Assembly (NCBI GenBank): GCA_040765725.1
Contig: JAXGRQ010000007.1
Span: 8,140 to 72,139, forward strand
Direction of reading: 5' to 3'
Length of the DNA stretch: 64,000 nt
DNA from: Syntrophales bacterium
GTDB lineage: Bacteria > Desulfobacterota > Syntrophia > Syntrophales > UBA5619
Each line of letters starts with the position of its first letter. The stretch's first letter is position 1. Under the pieces are notes generated by a model. That model did not search any database, was not told the origin of the DNA, and saw nothing but the letters and a program-made list of their open reading frames with translations. Made by a program: the position numbers and the translations under genes. This document shows positions 46,904 through 56,967 of this stretch, in pieces.

Positions 46904-46952
46904 GCGCTTCAGGAAACGGTTACAACAGACTATCGAAAAGGGGTAGCACTCG

Positions 46953-47432
46953 ATGGAAGACAAAGTCAAAGATATCATCAAGAGGTACGGGTCCGATAAG
47001 AGTTTTATCGTTCCCATCCTTCAGGATGTCCAGAGGGAGTTCAATTACCTTCCCAAAGACGCCCTGTCTGCGGTCAGTTCCAACCTCAACGTGCCGATCA
47101 GCCGTGTTTACGAAGTGGCGACCTTTTACAAGGCCTTCAGCCTCAAGCCCAAGGGACGACATCAGTTGACGCTCTGCATGGGGACGGCCTGTCACGTCCG
47201 CGGCGCCGACCTGATCGCCCGCAACATCTCGGATATCCTGGGCATCAAGGACGGAGACACGACACCCGATCTCGAATTTTCCTTCGAAACGGTCGGCTGT
47301 CTCGGAGCCTGCGCGCTGGGGCCCATTCTGGTGGTGAACGGCGAATACAACGGTCACATGAACATCGCCAAATCGACAAAGATTCTCAAGAAATTAGGGA
47401 AGAAGGGTGCGACTGATGATGAGCAAGATTAA
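46953..47432 (+). CDS. NuoE/HydC-like [2Fe-2S] thioredoxin-fold subunit
   Basis: 159 aa. LPILQDVQREFNYLP, CMGTACHVRG, VGCLGACALGP. Confidence 0.88.
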   Translation: MEDKVKDIIKRYGSDKSFIVPILQDVQREFNYLPKDALSAVSSNLNVPISRVYEVATFYKAFSLKPKGRHQLTLCMGTACHVRGADLIARNISDILGIKDGDTTPDLEFSFETVGCLGACALGPILVVNGEYNGHMNIAKSTKILKKLGKKGATDDEQD

Positions 47433-49269
47433 ATCCTTCGACGAATTGAAAAACGTGCAGAAGAGGTTCAAGGCGGGCCGCGATCCGAAGAAGCCCTCGG
47501 TCACGATCTGCGGCGGGACGGGTTGTCTGGCCTATGGAACCCAGAAATTGATCGACAGTTTCCGCGAGGAGCTTGCCAAGCGGAATCTAACCGACAAGAT
47601 CGACTTTCGGACCAGCGGATGTCACGGCTTCTGCGAACGGGGCCCGATGGTCGTCGTCGGCCCGGAAAACATCTTCTACCAGCGCGTCGGGCTGGGCGAC
47701 GCGGCCGAGATCATCGACAAGACCCTGCTGAAGGGGGAGGTGATCGACCGGCTCCTCTACGTGGACCCCGCCACGGGCGAGAAAATCGTCCACGAGGAGG
47801 AAGTTCCCTTCTACAAGAAGCAGACCCGCCTGGTCTTCGGCCTGAACTTCAAGATCGATCCGGAGAAGCTCGAAGACTACCTGGCCATCGACGGCTACAG
47901 CGCGCTGGGGAAGGCCCTGACGATGAAGCCCGAGGAGATCATCCAGGAGGTGATCAAGGCCAACCTCCGGGGCAGGGGCGGCGGCGGATTCCCGGCGGGC
48001 TGGAAGTGGGATGAGACCCGCAAGGCCGAGGGCGAGCCCAAGTATGTCATCTGCAACGCGGACGAGGGCGATCCCGGCGCCTACATGGACCGCAGCCTCC
48101 TGGAGGGAAATCCCCACCTGATCCTCGAAGGGATGATCATCGGCGCCTACGCGATCGGCTCCAGCGAGGGCTACATCTATGTCCGCAACGAATACCCGCT
48201 GGCGGTGAGCAACATCACGCGGGCGATGCAGCAGGCCCGCGAGGCGGGGCTCCTGGGCAAGAACATTCTGGGCAGCAACTTTTCCTTCGATGTGAAGATC
48301 AACCGGGGCGGCGGCGCGTTCGTCTGCGGCGAATCCTCGGCGCTCTTTGCTTCGCTGGAGGGAAGGGCCGGCGAGCCCCGCGCGAAATACATCCATGCCA
48401 CCCACAAGGGTCTCTACGACAAGCCGACGAACCTCAACAACGTCGAGACCTGGGCCAATGTCCCGTTCATCATCAACAGGGGCGCCGATTGGTACGCCTC
48501 CATGGGAACGGCCGGAAGCAAGGGAACGAAGATCTTTTCGCTGGTGGGCAAGATCAACAACACGGGCCTCGTCGAGGTTCCGATGGGAACGACGCTTCGC
48601 AAGATCGTCTTCGAGATCGGCGGCGGGATCCCCGGCGGCCGGAAGTTCAAGGCGATCCAGACGGGCGGTCCTTCGGGCGGCTGTATCCCCGAGCAGTTCC
48701 TCGATATGCCGGTGGATTTCGACGAACTGGTCAAGATCGGATCGATGATGGGCTCCGGCGGAATGATCGTCATGGACGATCAGAACTGCATGGTCAACAT
48801 CGCAAAATACTTCACCAACTTCCTGGTTTCCGAATCCTGTGGAAAGTGCGTTCCGTGCCGGGAGGGAATCCGGCGGATGCGGGACATCCTCGCGGACATC
48901 ACCGAGGGTAGGGGTCAGGAAGGGGATGTGGAGCTCCTCGAGTCGATCTCGCAGGGGATCAAGGACGGCGCGCTCTGCGCCCTGGGCAACAGCGCCCCCA
49001 ATCCGGTGCTCAGCACGATCCGCTATTTCCGCGACGAGTACGTGGCCCACATCAGGGAAAAGCGATGTCCCGCCGGCGTCTGCAGGGATCTGATCACCTA
49101 CAGCGTCGACCCCGAGAAATGCACCGGCTGCACCGTCTGCAGCAAGGTTTGTCCGACCGGGGCGGCGAGCGGCGAGCGGAAAAAGGTTCACACCATCGAT
49201 CCGGCGAAATGCACCAAATGCGGCGCCTGCAGGGAAAGCTGTAAATTTGACGCCATCATCGTGAGGTAA
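47416..49269 (+). CDS. NuoF/HydB-like NAD(H)-binding FMN flavoprotein with N-terminal 2Fe-2S and C-terminal 2x[4Fe-4S] domains
   Basis: ORF 47407..49269. GRGGGGFPAGWKW, ICNADEGDPGAYMDR, ESCGKCVPCREG, then CTGCTVCSKVCP / CTKCGACRESC. Confidence 0.9.
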   Translation: MMSKIKSFDELKNVQKRFKAGRDPKKPSVTICGGTGCLAYGTQKLIDSFREELAKRNLTDKIDFRTSGCHGFCERGPMVVVGPENIFYQRVGLGDAAEIIDKTLLKGEVIDRLLYVDPATGEKIVHEEEVPFYKKQTRLVFGLNFKIDPEKLEDYLAIDGYSALGKALTMKPEEIIQEVIKANLRGRGGGGFPAGWKWDETRKAEGEPKYVICNADEGDPGAYMDRSLLEGNPHLILEGMIIGAYAIGSSEGYIYVRNEYPLAVSNITRAMQQAREAGLLGKNILGSNFSFDVKINRGGGAFVCGESSALFASLEGRAGEPRAKYIHATHKGLYDKPTNLNNVETWANVPFIINRGADWYASMGTAGSKGTKIFSLVGKINNTGLVEVPMGTTLRKIVFEIGGGIPGGRKFKAIQTGGPSGGCIPEQFLDMPVDFDELVKIGSMMGSGGMIVMDDQNCMVNIAKYFTNFLVSESCGKCVPCREGIRRMRDILADITEGRGQEGDVELLESISQGIKDGALCALGNSAPNPVLSTIRYFRDEYVAHIREKRCPAGVCRDLITYSVDPEKCTGCTVCSKVCPTGAASGERKKVHTIDPAKCTKCGACRESCKFDAIIVR

Positions 49270-49280
49270 AGGTAGAGACA

Positions 49281-50000
49281 ATGATCAATCTGACGATAGA
49301 CAACAAGAAGATCGAAGCGGAGGCCGGGCAGACCGTTCTGGAGGTCGCCCGGGAGAACGGAATCGTCATCCCGACCCTGTGCAACCATGAGTCCCTGGAG
49401 CCCACGGGATCGTGCCGTCTCTGTGTCGTTGAGGCCAAGCAGGGAAAGAGGACACGCATCGTAACGTCCTGTCTGTATCCCGTGGCGGAGGGGCTGGCGG
49501 TGGATACGAAGAGCGAGCGGGTGATGAACGTCCGCCGTCTGGTCCTCCAGCTGCTTCTGGCCCGCTGTCCCGAGTCGAGACAGCTCAAGGAGATGGCGGC
49601 CGAAATGGGTGTCGCGCCCGAGCCGAGATTCACTCCGGACAAGGACAACGTAAAGTGCATTCTCTGCCGGATGTGCGTCCGGACCTGCGAGAAGATCGTC
49701 GGGGTCAGCGCCATCGGTTTTTCCTACCGGGGACCGGATAAGAACGTCTGCACCCCGTTCCAGGAGGAGTCGGCGGTCTGTATCGGTTGCGGCGCCTGCG
49801 CCTACGTCTGTCCCACCGGACACATCGAGATGACCACCTCGGAATCGGGGGACGAGAGGACGATCTGGGGACGAACCTTCAAGATGCAGGCCTGCAAGGT
49901 CTGCGGGCGCTACTTCGCGCCGGAGGATCAGCTGGCCTACATCAGTCGCAAGGCCGAGGTCCCGACGGACGACCTCGCGGTCTGCGTCAGTTGCCGTTAA
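49281..50000 (+). CDS. Short Fe-S protein: NuoG/HydA N-terminal-like 2Fe-2S plus 4Fe-4S modules only (no catalytic domain)
   Basis: 239 aa. MINLTIDNKKIEAEAGQTVLE...LCNHESLEPTGSCRLCVVE, CILCRMCVRTC, CIGCGACAYVCP. Confidence 0.8.
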   Translation: MINLTIDNKKIEAEAGQTVLEVARENGIVIPTLCNHESLEPTGSCRLCVVEAKQGKRTRIVTSCLYPVAEGLAVDTKSERVMNVRRLVLQLLLARCPESRQLKEMAAEMGVAPEPRFTPDKDNVKCILCRMCVRTCEKIVGVSAIGFSYRGPDKNVCTPFQEESAVCIGCGACAYVCPTGHIEMTTSESGDERTIWGRTFKMQACKVCGRYFAPEDQLAYISRKAEVPTDDLAVCVSCR

Positions 50001-50010
50001 AAAAAGAAAA

Positions 50011-50043
50011 GCCCCGGCGAAGTGAAACCGCCGGGGCCTTTTG
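50011..50043. terminator. Bidirectional intrinsic terminator between convergent operons
   Basis: gccccggcg (50011-50019) / cgccggggc (50029-50037), 9-bp GC stem. A-run before and T-run after. Confidence 0.75.
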
Positions 50044-50062
50044 TATCCATCTCCCGTCCAAA

Positions 50063-50797
50063 TCAGTCGAGTCGGTATGTTCCCGTTTCCCGGGATCTTG
50101 AACAGACGACATACGGCTGGTCCTCATTGATCGATTCGAAAGTCTCCCTCACCCTTTCCGCGCTGTTGTTCATCTCGGAGATGTGTGCCAGAAAGACCAT
50201 CGACAGATGTCTCCCGTACCGGCAGATAAAATCGCCGGCGGCCTCATTGCTGAGATGGCCCCGTTCGGACGCGATTCTCTCCTTGAGGTGACGGGGGTAT
50301 GGACCGTTCATCAGCATCTCCTCATCGTAATTCGATTCCAGAACAATCGCGTCGAGGTCTGCGATCACCTCCCGCATGGGGGCGGTGATGCACCCCGTAT
50401 CCGTGAAGATCCCGAACCGGCCGATGACAAAGCCGCAGGAAGCGACGTCATGGGCGGTCTCCACCGGAGTGACGGCCAGGTTTCCGATCCGGAAGCCGCC
50501 GTCGAAATGGCGGACGTCGACCGGTCCCAGCCTCCACCGGCAAGCCGAATAAACCTCTTTGCGGACATAAACGGGAATGTGAAGCCTTCTGGCGATCGGT
50601 CCGATCCCCAGATAATGGTCGGCGTGGGCGTGGGACAGGACGATTCCGTTGACGTCCCGGATGTTTTTCCCGAGGCGGGCCATCCTTCCGGCCGTTTCGC
50701 CGTAGCTTTTTCCGGCATCAAACAGAACGGAAGTGCCGTTCGACCGGACGAGGCAACAGTTGCCGTTGCTTCCCGAAGCGATGACGGACAGTTCCAT
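50063..50797 (-). CDS. MBL-fold metallo-hydrolase
   Basis: 244 aa. LFDAG, LSHAHADHYLG (HxHxDH). Confidence 0.85.
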   Translation of the reverse strand: MELSVIASGSNGNCCLVRSNGTSVLFDAGKSYGETAGRMARLGKNIRDVNGIVLSHAHADHYLGIGPIARRLHIPVYVRKEVYSACRWRLGPVDVRHFDGGFRIGNLAVTPVETAHDVASCGFVIGRFGIFTDTGCITAPMREVIADLDAIVLESNYDEEMLMNGPYPRHLKERIASERGHLSNEAAGDFICRYGRHLSMVFLAHISEMNNSAERVRETFESINEDQPYVVCSRSRETGTYRLD

Positions 50798-51344
50798 CAG
50801 TATTCGATCCCGGCACGGTCCTTGATGCCGGCGTTGTAGTGGTGCTTGATTTCACGAACCTCGCTCACCGTGTCGGCCAGCTCCATAATTTCCGGAGCGG
50901 CGTAGCGGCCGGTGAGCAGATCCAATGCGGCGGGTTTGTTCCGAGATCAAGGTGATGACCTCTTCGAGGGAATCGGCGAAGTCGACCACAACGTTGATCT
51001 CATCCGGAGATCACCATGTCATAATTCCCGGATGAAACCGCCTCGCGGGCCATGTCGAGCCCCTTCCTTGCGAGTTCGATGTCCGCCGGCGCGGGTTTGT
51101 CCCTCATGACAAAGCTGTCCAGGCCGGAGAGATGAATGGTGAGGTTCGGGGGGAGATAGCGCTCCGCGGCCAGAAACTCCCCATACTTTCTTCCCTTCAT
51201 GAATTGGATGACGCAAACGCGGAGCCCCTGGCCGACCGCGCGCAGGGCCTGCCCGAAGGCGGCCGTCGTTTTCCCCTTGCCGTTGCCGGTATGAACCAGA
51301 ACAAGCCCTCGGCTGTTTGGCCTGCGGATGATCGTGTCTTCCAT
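50797..51344 (-). pseudogene. cobO: cob(I)yrinic acid a,c-diamide adenosyltransferase (CobO/BtuR type) disrupted by two +1 frameshifts
   Basis: ORF 51000..51344 gives the N-terminus (LVLVHTGNGKGKTTAAFG...YDMVISG*). The next segment DEINVVVDFADSLEEVITLIS is in a second frame (from ~51004). The C-terminus NKPAALDLLTGRYAAPEIMELADTVSEVREIKHHYNAGIKDRAGIEY* is in a third frame, ending at 50797. Confidence 0.75.
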
Positions 51345-51366
51345 CTCTTCCTGCCCCTCTTTGCCG

Positions 51367-52344
51367 CTATTTCAGGCGGCGGCGGGCGACCTCCTCGGCG
51401 ATGGTGTAGGGGTCCGTCTCCTTTCGCAACAGCCTTCCGGCGATCTCCTCCATCTCCCCGCTTTCCGTCATTTCGCGGAGGATCGGCGCCAGGATCGCGT
51501 CGCGAAGCGCTTCGTGGATCTCGACCATCGCCTTGCGCTTCATCCGGTCGCCCAGCAGATCCGTCTCGACGAGGCTCCGGTAATGATCGGAGATTGCCGT
51601 GGAAAGTTCCCCCAGGCTCTCCGCAAAGGGTCCCGGATCGAAACAGTTTCCGATGCGGATCACCGGCGGGCGCCAGCCGCCGGGGAATTCCTGAATCATG
51701 TTCAGCATGGCCATGAGTTCGTTTGCAAGCTGGTGAGAGCCGTCGCGGTCTGCCTTGTTGATCACGAAGATGTCGGCGATTTCCATGATTCCCGCCTTGA
51801 TCGCCTGGATCTCGTCGCCCATTCCCGGGACCAGGACCACGAGGACCGTATGGGAGTGATTGATGATCTCCACCTCCTGCTGCCCGGTCCCGACGGTTTC
51901 CACCAGGATCAGCTCCTTTCCCATGACGTCCATCACATGCACCGCGTCGCCGACCGCCTTCGAGAGGCCGCCCAACGCGCCGCGGGTGGCGAGACTGCGG
52001 ACAAAGACGCCCGGGTCTTCGGCATGGCGCTGCATCCGGATCCGGTCCCCCAGGATGGCGCCCCCGGTGAATGGAGAGGTCGGATCGACGGCAAGAACGC
52101 CGACGCCCTTCTGCTGCTTCCGGAATGAGGCAATGAGCGCGTCGACCAGGGTGCTCTTTCCCGCCCCGGGAGCGCCGGTAATGCCGACGACATGGGCGCG
52201 GCCGGTGTAGGGAAAAATCCGCTTGATGGCGCTCCTCGCCTCGGGGATCTCATCCTCCAGGTTCCGGATCAGGCGGGAAGCGGTTCTGACGTCCCCGGCG
52301 CGGATCTTTTGCAGTTGCTCCCTTTCCTCGGATGACGCCGTCAT
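51367..52344 (-). CDS. meaB: Methylmalonyl-CoA mutase-associated G-protein chaperone (ArgK/MeaB)
   Basis: 325 aa. [32 protein letters not shown]. Confidence 0.92.
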   Translation of the reverse strand: MTASSEEREQLQKIRAGDVRTASRLIRNLEDEIPEARSAIKRIFPYTGRAHVVGITGAPGAGKSTLVDALIASFRKQQKGVGVLAVDPTSPFTGGAILGDRIRMQRHAEDPGVFVRSLATRGALGGLSKAVGDAVHVMDVMGKELILVETVGTGQQEVEIINHSHTVLVVLVPGMGDEIQAIKAGIMEIADIFVINKADRDGSHQLANELMAMLNMIQEFPGGWRPPVIRIGNCFDPGPFAESLGELSTAISDHYRSLVETDLLGDRMKRKAMVEIHEALRDAILAPILREMTESGEMEEIAGRLLRKETDPYTIAEEVARRRLK

Positions 52345-52751
52345 GCGTTCCCCCTCGGCCGGATGTTCGACCGGACCCAGCTCACGATGTCGTCGAGAGG
52401 AGCGCCGGGCGTGAAGATCGCCCGGATGCCGGCGTCGTAAAGCGACTGGAAGTCCTGGTCGGGAATGATTCCGCCGCCGATCACGGCAATATCGCCCGCG
52501 CCCCGTTCCCTGAGAAGTTCAACCACGCGGGGGAACAGGTAGCGGTGCGCTCCGGAGAGGCAGCTCAGGCCGACCAGGTCCACGTCTTCCTGGATGGCCG
52601 TTGCGGCGATCTGTTCCGGGGTCTGGTGGCAGCCCGTGTAGATGACCTCGAAGCCCGCGTCCCGGAAACAACGGGCGAGAACCCGCGCCCCCCGGTCATG
52701 ACCGTCCAGGCCCGGTTTGGCCACCATGATCCGTATCTTTTTCTCCGCCAT
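52341..52751 (-). CDS. Acyl-CoA mutase small subunit (cobalamin-binding domain)
   Basis: Internal start [24 protein letters not shown] (ATG 52751) of ORF 52341..52805. DxHxxG B12-binding motif. Confidence 0.9.
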   Translation of the reverse strand: MAEKKIRIMVAKPGLDGHDRGARVLARCFRDAGFEVIYTGCHQTPEQIAATAIQEDVDLVGLSCLSGAHRYLFPRVVELLRERGAGDIAVIGGGIIPDQDFQSLYDAGIRAIFTPGAPLDDIVSWVRSNIRPRGNA

Positions 52752-52776
52752 TCGGCTACCTCGGAAAAGATTTTCG

Positions 52777-54459
52777 CTAATAGAGACCGGGGTCCCGGTA
52801 TTCACCGAAGACCTCCCGGTAGATGTCGCAGATCTCCTGGACCGTTGCCCGGTCCTTCACCGCTTCGATGCAATACGGCATAACGTTCTTCCCCGTCTTG
52901 CAGGCGCTTTTCAAGGCGTCCAGGTCCCGCTTGACGGCCCGAAAATCCCGCCTTCGCTTGACGTCCGCAAGGCGCGCGATCTGCTCCTCCTCGATCCGCT
53001 CGTCGATGTCGACGACGGGGATCTCCTGCTTGGCGGCATTTGCATATTTGTTGACGCCCACCATGATCTTTTCGCCCGCATCGATCTGCTGCTGGAAACG
53101 GTAGGCGGCATCGGCAATTTCCATCTGCGGGAATCCCTTGTCGATCGCCGCGACCATCCCGCCCATTTGGTCGATCTGCTCGATATACGCCATCGCCTCT
53201 TCCTCCATCCGGTTCGTCAGGGACTCGACGAAATAGGAGCCGGCCAGCGGGTCGATGGTATTCGCCACGCCGGTCTCCTCGGCAAGGATCTGCTGGGTGC
53301 GCAGCGCGATTTCGACCGCGTGGTCGGAGGGAAGGCAGAGAACCTCGTCCAGCGAGTTCGTATGCAGGGATTGGGTTCCGCCGAGAACCGCCGCAAGGGC
53401 CTCGAAGGCCGTCCGGACGACGTTGTTGTAGGGCTGCTGGGCCGTCAGGGAACAGCCGGCCGTCTGTGTGTGAAACCGCATCCAGAGCGAGCGGGGGTTT
53501 TTCGCATGGAAGCGGTCGCGCATCACCCGCGCCCAGATCCGGCGCGCCGCCCGCATCTTGCAGATCTCCTCGAAGAAGTCGATGTGGGAGTTGAAGAAAA
53601 AGGAAAGCCGGGGGGCGAATTCGTCCACATCGAGCCCTTTGCGGCGGATGACGTCCTCCACGTATTCGATCCCGTCGCGCAGCGTAAAGGCCAGTTCCTG
53701 GACGGCCGTGGAACCGGCCTCCCGGATATGGTATCCGCTGATGCTGATCGTGTTCCACTTGGGGACCTGCTTCGTCCCGAATTCGACCGTGTCGCTGATC
53801 AGCCGCACGGAGGGCTCGGGAGGACACATGAAGGTCTTCTGGGCAATGAACTCCTTGAGCATATCGTTCTGGATCGTCCCGCCGATCTTCGACAGCGGAA
53901 CGCCGTTGCACTCCGCCGCCGCGCAGTACATCGCCCACAGCGCGGTGGCGGGCGGGTTGATCGTCATGGAGGTGGTGACCTGGTCCATCGGGATCCCCTC
54001 CATCAGGACCAGGAAATCATCGAGGGTGTCGATGGCCACGCCGCAGCGGCCGCATTCGCCCCGGGCTTTCGGAGAGTCGCTGTCGTATCCCATGAGGGTC
54101 GGGAAATCGAAGGCGGTGCTGAGGCCGGTCTGCCCTTCCTTCAGAAGCATGCGCCAGCGTGCGTTGGTGTCCTTCGCGCTGCCCATTCCGGAAAACATCC
54201 GGAAGGTCCAGCAGCGGCCGCGGTATCCGGTGGCCTGGTTTCCTCGAAGAAACGGATACTCCCCCGGGGCGCCCACGTCCCTTGCGAAATCCGTTCCCGA
54301 GATGTCTTCCGGGGTATAGAGCCGTTTGATTTCCAGATCGGAAACGGTTGACCGGCGGGCTTTCCGCTCGGGCGCTCCTTCTGTTGCACGCCTCACCTCC
54401 TCTTCCCACTTCGCGATGAGGCGCTTAGAATCATCCAATGTCTTCTTTGAAAAATACAT
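52777..54459 (-). CDS. Methylmalonyl-CoA mutase-family large (substrate-binding) subunit
   Basis: Internal start [10 protein letters not shown] (ATG 54459) of ORF 52777..54564. [42 protein letters not shown]. Substrate specificity not determined. Confidence 0.9.
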   Translation of the reverse strand: MYFSKKTLDDSKRLIAKWEEEVRRATEGAPERKARRSTVSDLEIKRLYTPEDISGTDFARDVGAPGEYPFLRGNQATGYRGRCWTFRMFSGMGSAKDTNARWRMLLKEGQTGLSTAFDFPTLMGYDSDSPKARGECGRCGVAIDTLDDFLVLMEGIPMDQVTTSMTINPPATALWAMYCAAAECNGVPLSKIGGTIQNDMLKEFIAQKTFMCPPEPSVRLISDTVEFGTKQVPKWNTISISGYHIREAGSTAVQELAFTLRDGIEYVEDVIRRKGLDVDEFAPRLSFFFNSHIDFFEEICKMRAARRIWARVMRDRFHAKNPRSLWMRFHTQTAGCSLTAQQPYNNVVRTAFEALAAVLGGTQSLHTNSLDEVLCLPSDHAVEIALRTQQILAEETGVANTIDPLAGSYFVESLTNRMEEEAMAYIEQIDQMGGMVAAIDKGFPQMEIADAAYRFQQQIDAGEKIMVGVNKYANAAKQEIPVVDIDERIEEEQIARLADVKRRRDFRAVKRDLDALKSACKTGKNVMPYCIEAVKDRATVQEICDIYREVFGEYRDPGLY

Positions 54460-54682
54460 GTCCTTGTCTGTGGTCACCCTCTCCTGTTCGTTCCGTTTCA
54501 GGCTCAGTTTCCCGGCTGCAGGTCGTCCGATCCTGCGCCTTTCCGGGATATGGCGCGACCGCATAGCCCTATCTCAAACCCCCGATCCTTGTCAAGAAAT
54601 ATCCCGGCGCCGGCGATAAGCAGGGACGGGGAGCCCGCGCTTCCGGACCGGGCGTAGACGGGCGGCCGGATCAAAGCGTTTG

Positions 54683-55165
54683 CTATACCCGCTTTGCGGA
54701 GAGGATGACGACCGGCTCCAATGGAACATCCCGGTGCATACCGTTGTTTCCCGTAGCAACCTGAGCGATCCGGTCGATGATCTCCATGCCGTCCGCGACC
54801 TTTGCGAAGACCGCGTAGCCGAAATCCCGCGTGCCGTGGTCGAGAAAATCGTTGTCCTTGAGGTTGATGAAGAACTGAGAGGTTGCGCTGTCGATCTCCT
54901 GGGTGCGGGCCATCGACAGGGTTCCCCGTTTGTTCTTCAGACCGTTTTCGGCTTCGTTTTTGATCGGCGGACGGGTTTTCTTTTGTTTCATGTCGGCCGT
55001 GAAGCCACCGCCCTGAAGGACGAAGTCGGGGATGACGCGGTGAAAGATCGTGCCGTCGAAGAAACCGTCTTCGACGTACTGAAGAAAATTCTGAACGGAA
55101 ATGGGCGCTTCGGCGTCGTAGAGTTCGATGGTCACCTCCCCAAAGCCGGTTGACAGGATAATCAT
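54683..55165 (-). CDS. ppiB: Cyclophilin-type peptidyl-prolyl cis-trans isomerase
   Basis: 160 aa. [33 protein letters not shown]. Confidence 0.92.
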   Translation of the reverse strand: MIILSTGFGEVTIELYDAEAPISVQNFLQYVEDGFFDGTIFHRVIPDFVLQGGGFTADMKQKKTRPPIKNEAENGLKNKRGTLSMARTQEIDSATSQFFINLKDNDFLDHGTRDFGYAVFAKVADGMEIIDRIAQVATGNNGMHRDVPLEPVVILSAKRV

Positions 55166-55292
55166 GTTTGTCTCCTCTGAAAAATTTTCGCGATCCTATC
55201 ATCCCGAACGGGGGAGGTCAATGAAACTCACCCTTGAAGGGAAGCCTATTTAGGCTGATTGAAAAAGGAGATCAGGAAAACCGTGGACGGAT

Positions 55293-55901
55293 CTATTTTC
55301 CTATTTTGCGATCGGGGCGAAGCGCGAGGGTCAAGAGGACAACGCAAAGACAGATCAGCCCCAGGCCGACGACAATCCGCGAAACCGGAAAGAGGCCGAT
55401 CAGGTAGAAGGCCGTGATATTCGTGCCGAAGAACGAACCGACGGTGGAGATGAAGAGGACCATTCCGCCGGTGAGCCACGACTGCCGCTTCCAGGAGACG
55501 GTAATCCCGATGATGTAGGGGGAAACCATCGCCATGATCGAGACCGGAAGGAAGAAGATCAGGTTCATCGCAATCAGCGAGCCGAGGCGGACGTCCGCGA
55601 TGCGGTCGGATACGAGTTCGCAAACGGGTTTGTAGAAGGTCGGGATTCCCACCACCCAAAGCGAACCGACGAAGAGGAAAACCGCGAGCACCGAGATCCG
55701 GGGATAGCGTCGCGACAGGTAGCCGCCGGCCACGTAACCCACGGAGAAGTGCACCATGAACGAGCTGATGATGCTTCCCCAGATATAGATGGAGCCCCCG
55801 AAGTAGGGAGACATCAGGTTCGAGGAGAGAATCTCCAGGCTCATCACCACCGCGCCGAAGGTCACGAGAAGCAAAATGAAAACGGCATACACCATCGGCA
55901 T
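55293..55901 (-). CDS. Polytopic membrane protein resembling the membrane module of fused MFS/spermidine-synthase proteins
   Basis: 202 aa, about 6 TM segments. Directly downstream of the SpeE-like gene. Confidence 0.55.
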   Translation of the reverse strand: MPMVYAVFILLLVTFGAVVMSLEILSSNLMSPYFGGSIYIWGSIISSFMVHFSVGYVAGGYLSRRYPRISVLAVFLFVGSLWVVGIPTFYKPVCELVSDRIADVRLGSLIAMNLIFFLPVSIMAMVSPYIIGITVSWKRQSWLTGGMVLFISTVGSFFGTNITAFYLIGLFPVSRIVVGLGLICLCVVLLTLALRPDRKIGK

Positions 55902-55967
55902 CGCCCTTCCTCCGCACCGACGCCTTCATCAACGGCGTTCTTTTCCATTCCCGTTCGGACGGATCCT

Positions 55968-56858
55968 CTATTTTTTCTGCATCAGCAGCAGGTTGGCCGG
56001 ATTGAAGTCATCCGTCAGAACGGGGTCATTCTTGAGGATCAGAGAAACCCTGCATTTGCCGGACTCGGCGATAAGGTCGATCCGGCCGATCTTTCCGCCC
56101 CATTTCTCCGCCTGCTTTCGCAACCCCGCCGGCTCGCAGGCGGGTCGGTCGGAGGCCACGATGATGCAGCTCCCGCTTCTCTGCCCTTCGAAGAAGAACA
56201 CCCTCTTAAAAACCGCCTGGAAGGTCGCGATCTGTGCGTCGTACATCCGGTTGTCGCAGAAAAGGTTCTGGATGACGATTCCCCCGTCGGTCAGGCGCGA
56301 TTTGGCAAGCTGCAGGAACTCCTTTGTCGTCATGTGCGCCGGGATGTAGTCGGAATTGAAGGCATCGAGCCAGATCTGGTCGTAGCGCTCCCGGCTTTTC
56401 TTCAGAAACTGCCGGCCGTCATCGATGGCGAGTGCCTGGCCGGCCGGGACGGTGAAGGAAAAATATTTCCGGGCGAGCTTTTCCACGAGGGGGTCCACCT
56501 CAACCGTTTGCAGTCGAACCTTCGGGAGATGCATCCGAAAAACCGTCGGGATGTAGCCACCGCCAAGGCCGATCAGGCAGATCTTTTCGGCATCGGGCCT
56601 GAAAAGAAAGCCCGCAAACATCATGGCCGAGTATTCAAAAACCGAGGCGTCCGGTTTTGCGAGATCGATGCAGGTCTGGCGGAGATCGCGCTGCCGGCCG
56701 AAGATCATGCACCGCTCCCCGCTGTCCTCGCGGATGGTGATGTGGTGATAGATGGAATCCCCCTCATAGAGGGTCTTGTCGTTCTTGACGGCCCCTGCCG
56801 GCATCGCTGCGATCAGACAAGCCAGCAAAGCAAGGAGAGTCGTTCCGGAAACGCCCAT
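55968..56858 (-). CDS. Spermidine-synthase-like (SpeE-fold) transferase with N-terminal signal/lipoprotein-type peptide
   Basis: Internal start MGVSGTTLLALLACLIAAMPAGA (ATG 56858, GGAGG upstream) of ORF 55968..57104. ICLIGLGGGYIP, VEVDPLV, DQIWLDAF motifs. Confidence 0.7.
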   Translation of the reverse strand: MGVSGTTLLALLACLIAAMPAGAVKNDKTLYEGDSIYHHITIREDSGERCMIFGRQRDLRQTCIDLAKPDASVFEYSAMMFAGFLFRPDAEKICLIGLGGGYIPTVFRMHLPKVRLQTVEVDPLVEKLARKYFSFTVPAGQALAIDDGRQFLKKSRERYDQIWLDAFNSDYIPAHMTTKEFLQLAKSRLTDGGIVIQNLFCDNRMYDAQIATFQAVFKRVFFFEGQRSGSCIIVASDRPACEPAGLRKQAEKWGGKIGRIDLIAESGKCRVSLILKNDPVLTDDFNPANLLLMQKK

Positions 56859-56967
56859 GAAACCTCCGTTTTCGTTGTCTGCACGCCGGCCCGCTGTGGG
56901 CTGAGGCGCTGACGCACTTGTAAGCGAACCTGTAAAATTTATCAACGGGAAAAAGGGACCGTAATGG

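Noticed and set aside
47587-49281. 564-aa ORF antisense to the NuoF-like gene
   Set aside because: Shadow ORF. The plus strand encodes a protein with FMN, NAD and Fe-S motifs.
54460-54682. Possible cobalamin riboswitch in the 223-nt region upstream of the B12-dependent mutase
   Set aside because: Read on the minus strand, I found only a loose resemblance to the B12 box (GGACGACCTGCAG). The other conserved cores (GCCACTG, GGGAA...CCGGTG-type elements) are absent, and the leader looks too short. A covariance-model scan would settle it.
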